Part shown: piece by piece, positions 56,293 through 64,000 of the stretch
Position numbering within the stretch: the first letter of the stretch is position 1
Layout of the letters: each line of letters opens with the position of its first letter
From: Bdellovibrio sp.
GTDB lineage: Bacteria; Bdellovibrionota; Bdellovibrionia; Bdellovibrionales; Bdellovibrionaceae
Assembly: GCA_036676395.1 (NCBI GenBank)
Contig: JAKFCY010000002.1
Span: forward strand, 512,001 to 576,000
Direction: 5' to 3'
Length of the DNA: 64,000 bases
The notes under the pieces: model-generated
The model's database searches: none
What the model was told of the DNA's origin: nothing
What the model saw: only the letters and a program-made list of their open reading frames with translations
Translations under genes and position numbers: made by a program

Positions 56293-57320
56293 TAACTGTT
56301 AAATCACCAACCCGCGTAGACCTTGCCGGTGGTACTTTAGATCTTTGGCCTTTATATAATTTTGTAGATACTGCACGCACGGTAAATCTTGCCATTGATA
56401 TTTGGACTAAAGTTAATTTAGAAGCGCGCACAGATCAATCCATCGAAGTGCATTCGTTAGATTTAAAACAAAAATGGACTTTCAAAAATTACAGCCAATT
56501 TATTGAAGCACTAGATCCGAAGTTACACCTCTATCAAAGTGTGATTTCAAAGTTTCATAAGAAAGCACCAGGCCCAGTTGAAAAAGGTTTTGCAATTTCG
56601 ACGCAATCTGAAAGCCCCATTGGTGGTGGTCTTGGTGGCAGCAGTAGCTTGATCATTTCAATGATGAAAGCATTTTCGCAGCTGACAGACATTAAATTTT
56701 CTTCAAGCCATGAAATGGTTCATTGGGCGCATAACCTAGAAGCTGAAATTTTAAATACGCCAACCGGCACGCAAGATTATTACCCAGCGATTACTGGGGG
56801 TTTAAATTATTTAAACTATGACACATTCGGCATTACCCAAAATATCACTGACCCCAAAGGCACACCTTTGCATGATAATTTTTTATTAGTTTACACGGGC
56901 CGCAGTCATCATAGTGGTTTAAACAATTTTGAAGTTTTAAAAGCAGCTATCGCGCGCGATGCGAAAGTGATGGCCGCACTGAAAAAAATTAAACTTATCG
57001 CCGATGATTTATGGCAAGCCATTCAAGACAATGCCTGGGAGAAGCTTCCAGAGTTATTTCGCGAAGAATATGACGCACGTATCCAGTTAACTCCGGCATT
57101 CACCAGTCCTGAAATCGAAAGACTGCATCAAATCGGCTTATCAAACGGAGCGCTCGCTGTTAAAATATGTGGAGCCGGCGGTGGTGGATGTGTCCTGGTT
57201 TGGGTTAGTCCTGAGCATCGTCAGAAAGTGATCAGCGCATGCGAAAACGAAAAGTTTCAGTGTCTAAACGCAAGGCCAGTAAGCCCGCTGGTAAATCCGT
57301 TGTCAAACAACACGCTTTAA
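56289..57320 (+). CDS. GHMP family sugar kinase (HddA / heptose-7-phosphate kinase-like)
   Basis: PTRVDLAGGTLD, PIGGGLGGSSS, GTQDYY, KICGAGGGG. Confidence 0.88.
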   Translation: MITVKSPTRVDLAGGTLDLWPLYNFVDTARTVNLAIDIWTKVNLEARTDQSIEVHSLDLKQKWTFKNYSQFIEALDPKLHLYQSVISKFHKKAPGPVEKGFAISTQSESPIGGGLGGSSSLIISMMKAFSQLTDIKFSSSHEMVHWAHNLEAEILNTPTGTQDYYPAITGGLNYLNYDTFGITQNITDPKGTPLHDNFLLVYTGRSHHSGLNNFEVLKAAIARDAKVMAALKKIKLIADDLWQAIQDNAWEKLPELFREEYDARIQLTPAFTSPEIERLHQIGLSNGALAVKICGAGGGGCVLVWVSPEHRQKVISACENEKFQCLNARPVSPLVNPLSNNTL

Positions 57321-58162
57321 CTTCTCCGGCAGCAAGTAATGTTATTCGTTTTATCGGAGTCTCTTTAGCCGGAGGCAAATCTGATAAAGCCTGCGTTGCT
57401 GTTTTAGAATACTATCCAGAAAATAAAAAAATATTTTTATCGAGATTATTTGAAAAAATTAAATCTGACGAAACCATTTCGGGAGATTTAAAAATCCATG
57501 AATTAATTTTACAAAATGCCGACACCCTAAAGTATGTGGCGTTTGATACCCCATGGAATCTACCCAACTGTTTACGTTGTGAATTAAAATGCCCAGGATA
57601 TGAAAACTGCCATCAACCTCATGTTGAATGGATGTGGAAGCATCAAGAAGACCGTTTAAAGAAAAAACGCCCGAAAAAATTATTCACACCCTACACTCAG
57701 CGGGCTGTAGAAATGTATTTTTCAACAGAACTTGAAGAAGTTTTTCACCTGCACCACGCGATGGGGGCAAACACCGCGCCGTTATTAGCACGGGCTAATT
57801 TTATTCGTAAAAGGCTAACAGTAGATTGCATCGAAGCTTTTCCAAAACTTACGCTATGGCGTATGGGTAAAGCGCTAAACATGATGAAATCACAAATCAG
57901 TGATCATCGCGCAGCTTTTGGCGGCGATGAAGCGCGCGCTCAGTTTATCCAAGCACTCAACGACAACAATATTGCATTCATCTACCACCAAGATGCAAAG
58001 CACATGGTTGAAAACAATCATGCCTTTGAAGCTTTTATGTGTGGCATGACTGCTTTTTTAAAATTTAAAAATTTAACCGAAAAAAGACCGAAAGGTTTTC
58101 CAGCAGAAGAAGATTGGATCGATTTTCCGATTGATGGTTTAAAGATTAAGGATTTCGCATGA
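57239..58162 (+). CDS. DUF429-like RNase H-fold protein with Cys-rich insert
   Basis: FIGVSLAG, VAFDTP, TPYTQR..E, IEAFP, HAFEAFMC; CLRCELKCPGYENC insert. Confidence 0.7.
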   Translation: MRKRKVSVSKRKASKPAGKSVVKQHALTSPAASNVIRFIGVSLAGGKSDKACVAVLEYYPENKKIFLSRLFEKIKSDETISGDLKIHELILQNADTLKYVAFDTPWNLPNCLRCELKCPGYENCHQPHVEWMWKHQEDRLKKKRPKKLFTPYTQRAVEMYFSTELEEVFHLHHAMGANTAPLLARANFIRKRLTVDCIEAFPKLTLWRMGKALNMMKSQISDHRAAFGGDEARAQFIQALNDNNIAFIYHQDAKHMVENNHAFEAFMCGMTAFLKFKNLTEKRPKGFPAEEDWIDFPIDGLKIKDFA

Positions 58163-59559
58163 TTATTCAAACTCACATTTTACAAAAAGCCTTAGACGCA
58201 GCTTTATCTACAGGAGCAGACTTTGCTGATATCTTTGTTGAAGACACTTATTCATCAAATTTAACGGTGATGAATTCTAGGCCAGATAAGGCGATCGTTG
58301 GCCAGCTTTACGGCGCAGGCATTCGCGTGGTGTTCGGCACAGAAGTGGTTTATGTCACCACAAGTGATCTTTCAGAAAAAGGCTTGGTGCGGGCAGCAAT
58401 GATTGCAGCCAACAGCCAAACTGGTGACACTTCAAAAATTATTAAACCGATTCATTTAAATAATCCAAATCAGTTCGATTCAATTCATACCTTCGGCGAT
58501 AAACCGTGGGAAATTAACCGTGACAAAAAAATGGCTTGGCTCAATTCAGCGGATCAGCATGCACGCAGCCTAAGTACACATGTCACACAAGTAGAGGCAG
58601 GTCTAAATGAAAAATTCCAAAAAGTACAAATCGTTAATTCTCGTGGCGTTTCAGTATATGATGAGCGCGCTTATTCACGCTTTAATGTTGAAACTTTCGT
58701 TGAAACTAACGGTACTAAAGAAAGTTCTGGCGAGAACCATGGTCATATGGGCACTTCAGAAATTTTTGATCGCTTTGATCTCAAAGCGATGACCAAAGAC
58801 ACTGTTGATCGCGCGCTGTTATTAACCAAATCAGGTTTTGCACCGGCGGGTGAAATGCCCGTGGTGTTAGCGAATGGCTTCGGCGGGGTCATCTTACACG
58901 AAGCTTGCGGTCACGGCTTAGAAACAACATCCGTGCAAACTGGGGATTCAGTGTTTGCTGATAAGATGGGTCAAAAAATTGGTAATGAATGTTTAACAGC
59001 AGTTGATGATGGCACCATTAAAAATGAATGGGGTTCATTAAATTTTGATGATGAAGGAATGCCTACGAAAAAAACCACGCTGATTGAAAACGGTGTGGTG
59101 AAGTCATTTTTAGTCGATCAGGTTGGCGCTTTGAAAACTGGTTTTGAAGCCACAGGCAGCGGTCGTAAGCAGTCTTACAAGTTTGCTCCGGCTTCACGTA
59201 TGCGTAATACTTTCATCGCTCCCGGAAAAGATACATTCGAAGATATGATCAAAGATGTTGATTACGGTTTATTTGCTAAACGCATGGGTGGTGGATCAGT
59301 AAATACCAGTACGGGTGATTACAACTTTCAGGTGCGCGAAGCTTATGTGATTAGAAAAGGTCGCATCGAAGAAGCCGTTAAAGGTGCATGTCTTATCGGA
59401 CGTGGTATCGAAACATTAGGTAAAATCACTAAAGTCGGCAGCGAAATGAAAATGGCCACTGGAATGTGTGGTTCTGTGAGCGGCAGTATCCCAGCTGGTG
59501 TGGGTCAGCCTGAAGTCTTAGTTTCAAGTTTAATGGTTGGCGGAAAGGCGGGTAAATAA
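58159..59559 (+). CDS. tldD: TldD metalloprotease
   Basis: GADFADIFVE, G.GIRV, HEACGHGLE, FDDEG, RMRNT, GMCGS...GQP. Confidence 0.93.
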   Translation: MIIQTHILQKALDAALSTGADFADIFVEDTYSSNLTVMNSRPDKAIVGQLYGAGIRVVFGTEVVYVTTSDLSEKGLVRAAMIAANSQTGDTSKIIKPIHLNNPNQFDSIHTFGDKPWEINRDKKMAWLNSADQHARSLSTHVTQVEAGLNEKFQKVQIVNSRGVSVYDERAYSRFNVETFVETNGTKESSGENHGHMGTSEIFDRFDLKAMTKDTVDRALLLTKSGFAPAGEMPVVLANGFGGVILHEACGHGLETTSVQTGDSVFADKMGQKIGNECLTAVDDGTIKNEWGSLNFDDEGMPTKKTTLIENGVVKSFLVDQVGALKTGFEATGSGRKQSYKFAPASRMRNTFIAPGKDTFEDMIKDVDYGLFAKRMGGGSVNTSTGDYNFQVREAYVIRKGRIEEAVKGACLIGRGIETLGKITKVGSEMKMATGMCGSVSGSIPAGVGQPEVLVSSLMVGGKAGK

Positions 59560-59560
59560 T

Positions 59561-60904
59561 ATGGATCAAATCAAAGATAACTTTCTTAAAATTCAAAAAT
59601 TGGCCGAAGATAAAAAAGCTCAGGTCGAATTACTCTATTCTGAAACTGAAAAATTAAATTTAGGTTATAAGCAAAAAAAATTAGATAAATTCGAATCCAT
59701 TCAAAGTCAAATTGCGGGCCTGCGTGTAATCATTGGCTCATCGCAAGGTTATGCTTACACAGAAAACTTATCGGAAGCCTCATTGTTAAATACCTTTAAC
59801 GAAGCCTATAATAACGCTCAGGCAAATTCGCAAACGGCTGATAAGAATAATAAGCCACTTAATTTAGTAAAACCGACGTCGCTTAAAATCACAGACCCTA
59901 AATTTAGTGAAATTCCGATCGCTGAAAAAAAAGCTGTGGCTGAAAAGTTAGAATCGCAGTGTTTAAGCCAAGATAAAATTCAATCTGTCCCGTGGGCAGG
60001 CTTTTCTGAGAGCCAGGGCGCGGTTCGTGTATTAAATTCTGCAGGTGTAGATTGTAAATATAAATTTCAATATTATTCAGCCTACGCTTACCCCTTAGCT
60101 AAAGACGGTGAATCGTCTAAAATGGGCGGTGAATCGATGATCTCGCGTGATTTTAAAGATATTGATGTGAATCACATCACATCAGAGGCTGTTAAAAGAG
60201 CCAAAGAAAAATTAAATGCTAAAACTTTAAAAACAGGTAATTACGCAACGATCATCACCAGTGATGAATTCGTGACGATGATTAATATGTTTGAAAGTTA
60301 TTTTTCGGCAAAACAAGTGTTCGAAGGCAAATCACTGTTAAAAGGAAAGATCGGTTCAATCATTGCAAGTCCACTTTTCACATTGGTTGATAACCCTTTA
60401 GAAGAAACCCTTCCAGGGTATCGTCCATTTGATTCTGAAGGGGCGACTTCATTAACAACAACACTGATTGATCAGGGTGAATTTAAAACTTTTATTACAA
60501 ATTTAGAATACTCTGAAAAAATGAATCTACCGCACACAGCCCATGCGGCACGTTCGCCAGCAGGCACGATGTCAATTGGCTGCAGCAACTTAATTGTTCC
60601 GGCAGGAAAAGATTCATTGGATCAGCTTATCGCAAAAAACAAAACCACTGTGGTGATCACTGAATTTACCGGCGGCTTACACGCAGGTTACAACGAAACA
60701 ACGGGCGAATTCTCGATGCCAGCAGAAGGTTTACTATACGAAGATGGTAAACTAGTTGGCCCAGTAGATCAGTTCGTGGTTTCAGGAAACATTTTAGAAA
60801 CACTAAAAAAAATCACAGCCCTAAGTAACAAATTAAACAGCGGCTCAAGCGGTCGCATGTGCCCAGATGTTCTGATCTCAGAACTCAGTTTTGCCGGAGC
60901 TTAG
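59561..60904 (+). CDS. pmbA: PmbA/TldE protein
   Basis: GLRVI...GYAY, FDSEG, TGEFS, VSGN; no HExxH; follows tldD. Confidence 0.88.
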   Translation: MDQIKDNFLKIQKLAEDKKAQVELLYSETEKLNLGYKQKKLDKFESIQSQIAGLRVIIGSSQGYAYTENLSEASLLNTFNEAYNNAQANSQTADKNNKPLNLVKPTSLKITDPKFSEIPIAEKKAVAEKLESQCLSQDKIQSVPWAGFSESQGAVRVLNSAGVDCKYKFQYYSAYAYPLAKDGESSKMGGESMISRDFKDIDVNHITSEAVKRAKEKLNAKTLKTGNYATIITSDEFVTMINMFESYFSAKQVFEGKSLLKGKIGSIIASPLFTLVDNPLEETLPGYRPFDSEGATSLTTTLIDQGEFKTFITNLEYSEKMNLPHTAHAARSPAGTMSIGCSNLIVPAGKDSLDQLIAKNKTTVVITEFTGGLHAGYNETTGEFSMPAEGLLYEDGKLVGPVDQFVVSGNILETLKKITALSNKLNSGSSGRMCPDVLISELSFAGA

Positions 60905-60931
60905 GTGCCAGGCCGTCTTTCTGGTTGCAGC
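60904..60931 (+). repeat. Short post-stop repeat, type B copy 2
   Basis: GGTGCCAGGCCGTCTTTCTGGTTGCAGC starts at the pmbA stop codon. Confidence 0.8.
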
Positions 60932-60957
60932 GTGTTGCAAATATTACCTTAGCGCAG

Positions 60958-60991
60958 AAAAGGCCTAAGCCGTAAAGTGGCAGGCCTTTTT
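60958..60991 (+). terminator. Intrinsic terminator after pmbA
   Basis: AAAAGGCCT...AGGCCTTTTT hairpin. Confidence 0.75.
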
Positions 60992-61097
60992 GTGTTTTAA
61001 GACCATAAGAGCGTACAAAGTTTAGTCAGATAGAATTTACCGCAGTCAGAATCATAACGGATTATATTTCTGTTAAAGCCTAGTTAAACTACGGCCT

Positions 61098-62279
61098 ATG
61101 AAAACACAAAAGCTTGTAAGCCTATTTCTAGTCGCGCAATTTATCACTGCTTCTGCCTTCTCGGCTGAAGTTCTAAGATACAAACAGGGCTGCTCTGCCG
61201 GAGACGACATTCGTATCGTTGGCGTAGGTGATTTACTTATGCATGATCGCTTACAAATTCAAGCGTCACAGCATAAATTAGGTTTTAAAAGTTTATGGTC
61301 ATCATTACTTCCGATTTTTGCTGAGGCTGATATAGCTTATGCAAATCTTGAAGGTACAACGGCTGAAAGTGTTGTCAAAGGCGGTAAAATTCAGATCGAT
61401 CCAGGTTTTGTTTTCGATAAAGAAGTTTACAGCGGTTACCCAGCATTTAATTATCATAAGAGTTTAATCACAGACATTAAAGAGTCAGGCTTTGATGTTG
61501 TGTCGACTGCGAATAATCATTCTTTCGACCGTGAATCAGTGGGCGTTGATAAAACGATCGCCGAATTAATCGCTGTCGGCCTTTCATACACAGGCACAAA
61601 AACTAAAGCGTTTGGTGCTAACGAAACATGGCACACCATCACTGAAGTTAAAAATCGCCGTATCGCATGGCTTGCATGTACTTATGAAACCAATGGCCGT
61701 CGTGATAAATTAAAACAAGTGCTAACATGTTTTGACCAAAAAGAATTGTTACTAAAAACAATTCGCGACTTATCAAATGATCCATCAATCGATGCTGTGA
61801 TTGTTACTCCGCACTGGGGAGGGGAGTATCAATTACAGCACAATTCTCAACAAACAAAACTAGGCCGTGAAATCTTAGAAGCCGGCGCTGTAGCTGTAAT
61901 CGGAACGCACCCGCATGTGGTGCAACCTTGGGAGAAGTACACGACAAAATCTGGACGCGAAGGTTTTATCGCTTATTCAACAGGTAACTTCGTTGCAGGC
62001 CAATCACCAATCGAAAAACGCACTTCATTGATGGTGAGCCTTTCGTTAACCGCGCGTGCAGGTGAAAAATTAGAACTTCGCGGAGTTGAGTATGTTCCGT
62101 TATTAATTCACCGTGGGTCAATTATCCAAAGTAAAGATATGCGCGTGGCTTTATCGACAACTGCAGAAAAAGTTGCTTCGAGTGCTGTAAAAATCTGGAA
62201 TGATAACTACGCCCAAGAAAATATGATGAAAGCCACTCGGGCTGAGTCATTAGAATCTATGTGTAATTTATCAAAGTAA
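61098..62279 (+). CDS. CapA (PGA_cap) family metallophosphoesterase, secreted
   Basis: Signal peptide, VGDLLMH, ANLEG, STANNHSFD, PHWGGEY, GTHPHVVQP, YSTGNF. Confidence 0.92.
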   Translation: MKTQKLVSLFLVAQFITASAFSAEVLRYKQGCSAGDDIRIVGVGDLLMHDRLQIQASQHKLGFKSLWSSLLPIFAEADIAYANLEGTTAESVVKGGKIQIDPGFVFDKEVYSGYPAFNYHKSLITDIKESGFDVVSTANNHSFDRESVGVDKTIAELIAVGLSYTGTKTKAFGANETWHTITEVKNRRIAWLACTYETNGRRDKLKQVLTCFDQKELLLKTIRDLSNDPSIDAVIVTPHWGGEYQLQHNSQQTKLGREILEAGAVAVIGTHPHVVQPWEKYTTKSGREGFIAYSTGNFVAGQSPIEKRTSLMVSLSLTARAGEKLELRGVEYVPLLIHRGSIIQSKDMRVALSTTAEKVASSAVKIWNDNYAQENMMKATRAESLESMCNLSK

Positions 62280-62292
62280 GACACGGCCGTTA

Positions 62293-62308
62293 TGGCCCTT
62301 TGATTGCC
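62293..62308 (+). promoter_or_regulatory. Putative sigma54 promoter
   Basis: TGGCCCTTTGATTGCC: GG(62294-62295)-N10-GC(62306-62307). Confidence 0.5.
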
Positions 62309-62352
62309 AGTAACAATGAGTGATCTTAATAACTTGTTACTAGAGGTGTTTT

Positions 62353-64000
62353 ATGGGCTTTTTAGGTAAAAATAGCAGCCTTTTGCGTCCATTGTTGGCT
62401 AGTGTTTTGACAGTCCTTTTTTTGGGCTGTCAGCCTCCTAAAAAAGACGACAAACCAGCTCAAACCAGCCCTTTTAAAGGTGTCTCAAATCTTTCTGAAA
62501 AAGCCACCACATGCGAAAATAAAATTCGTGGTATGATGACCTCAAAAAGCATGAATTTCGAGAATGTCGAAGAGCTTTCGGCACAGGTCAGTTTTGCCAA
62601 TGCATCTTTGCAACACCAAGCTAAAGCTGAGTATTCACTAACGCAAACTAAAGAAAATACCAAATCAGTCGCGATAGAATATATTACGCAATCTCAAGAT
62701 CATAAGCAAAGTTTAGAATACGAGTTATCTTTGAACAGTAAAGATTCAAAAGACCCGATGAATGTAACTTTGAAGTACGCGTTAAACACCAGCAGGACGG
62801 CTTCAGAGTTAGAACAACGGTATTTAATTAATGAAAATTGCGAGCTTAGAAAATCGCAAACATCATTTCGCGCGATCAAAAAGAAAGATGAACTTAATTA
62901 CACTTATTCTAAAGCTAACTATTATGTCGGCGGCGAATCAGATAATAATTCAGAAAATTTCAGCATCCCCGAGGGCGCAAAGTTAGATTCATTCCTTGAA
63001 GATGATGAAAACGTAGCGACGCTAAATAACTCCTATTCTTATTCTGACGGTATAGGGTTAATGCAGGCTCGAATTATTGAAACATCTCAAGTTCAGAAGA
63101 AGAAATTTGGTTTAGATTTAAACTTTACCTTAACAAAAGCTTCTCTTGGGAGTGCTACTTTCAATTTAGATATTGAGATCGCTGTCGACGAAAAAGCCGG
63201 TGTGAAATATTCTTCAGCTGCTGGACAAGAAACTTGGACTGTTACGCAAGCTATTTGGCAACAACAAGCTTTAGGAAGCAGCAAAGAGATTACTCAAGTT
63301 GTTGCGGTTAAGTTGCCCGAAAAATATTTTAGTTTAAATAACACGATCGTATTATCAGGAAAAAAATTACCAGCCTACGACAACTTTGGGGCTTACTGGA
63401 CAAAATCAAATCAAACGACAACACCTGAGGGTATGAAATCAGTGACCTTAACTGAAAAAACAATTCCAACAATCAGCGGAACAAGTACAGCTGCAGATTT
63501 AGTTTCAAATTCGACGATTCAAACCGAGTTACCGGCGATTCAAAAAGTGGCGCAAGATATTTTAATCAAAGAGCCAACTAATCGTGAAGCTCAGGCGCAA
63601 TTGATTTTAAAGTATCTATCAGAAAACTATATTTATGACATGAGCATGGTTGAAAACAACGTGGTTCGCCCATTAACGACCGAAGAAGCTTTAACCCGTG
63701 GCAAAGGCGTTTGTCAGCACTATGCAGTGATTTTTACAGCAATCGCGCGCGCAATGAAAATACCAACTCGTATTGTTGTGGGCTTTCATTTATCTGAACA
63801 ATCTGCTGGCGGTCATGCCTGGAATGAATTCGAAATTCGCAAAGGGGTTTGGCAAGTTGTTGAACCACAGGGTAAAACTTTAGAAAGTACAAACACACGT
63901 TTTTATCTGCCATTAATACGCGGTGCTTTTTTAGAAGACAAAGATCTTAAACAAACTGACTGGATCATGGAATATCTTGGTGCTGATTACAGTATTACGA
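62353..64000 (+). CDS. Transglutaminase-like domain lipoprotein (3'-truncated, absent from ORF track)
   Basis: GAGGTG SD; MGFLGK...VLFLGC lipobox; same frame later reads GKGVCQHYA...IPTRIVVG...GHAWNEF...WQVVEPQ. Confidence 0.88.
   Translation, partial: MGFLGKNSSLLRPLLASVLTVLFLGCQPPKKDDKPAQTSPFKGVSNLSEKATTCENKIRGMMTSKSMNFENVEELSAQVSFANASLQHQAKAEYSLTQTKENTKSVAIEYITQSQDHKQSLEYELSLNSKDSKDPMNVTLKYALNTSRTASELEQRYLINENCELRKSQTSFRAIKKKDELNYTYSKANYYVGGESDNNSENFSIPEGAKLDSFLEDDENVATLNNSYSYSDGIGLMQARIIETSQVQKKKFGLDLNFTLTKASLGSATFNLDIEIAVDEKAGVKYSSAAGQETWTVTQAIWQQQALGSSKEITQVVAVKLPEKYFSLNNTIVLSGKKLPAYDNFGAYWTKSNQTTTPEGMKSVTLTEKTIPTISGTSTAADLVSNSTIQTELPAIQKVAQDILIKEPTNREAQAQLILKYLSENYIYDMSMVENNVVRPLTTEEALTRGKGVCQHYAVIFTAIARAMKIPTRIVVGFHLSEQSAGGHAWNEFEIRKGVWQVVEPQGKTLESTNTRFYLPLIRGAFLEDKDLKQTDWIMEYLGADYSIT

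Overview
A gene-dense, AT-rich bacterial chromosome segment with about 59 CDS. I saw no rRNA, tRNA, CRISPR array or transposase. Gene content and order suggest a Bdellovibrionota-like predatory bacterium (inference): stand-alone spdEFG1-type EF-G, a GldA/F/G-like ABC system with a DUF4340 gene, many secreted hydrolases and sigma28-like promoters. Housekeeping genes include topA, prc, htpX, a 2-oxoacid dehydrogenase E1 alpha/beta pair, folB-folKP-folC, pyrE, fusA, recQ, aat, ppk1/ppx, phoU-phoB-phoR and tldD/pmbA. The best candidates for undescribed biology are: (1) a 9 kb locus with two sterol-desaturase-family enzymes and an exported phospholipase D beside a Lol-paralogous five-gene trans-envelope transporter; (2) a 39-bp repeat family whose inverted copies bracket a lone TPR gene like a cassette, with a third copy inside a five-gene islet that is itself bounded by direct repeats; (3) a ~950 aa secreted RoxA/MauG-like di-heme protein; (4) secreted protein-glutaminase-like and transglutaminase-like enzymes behind sigma54-like promoters; (5) an NFACT/RqcH homologue with altered tRNA-selection motifs; (6) a recurring leaderless-promoter architecture. 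All functional calls come from motif recognition by eye; no database searches were run.
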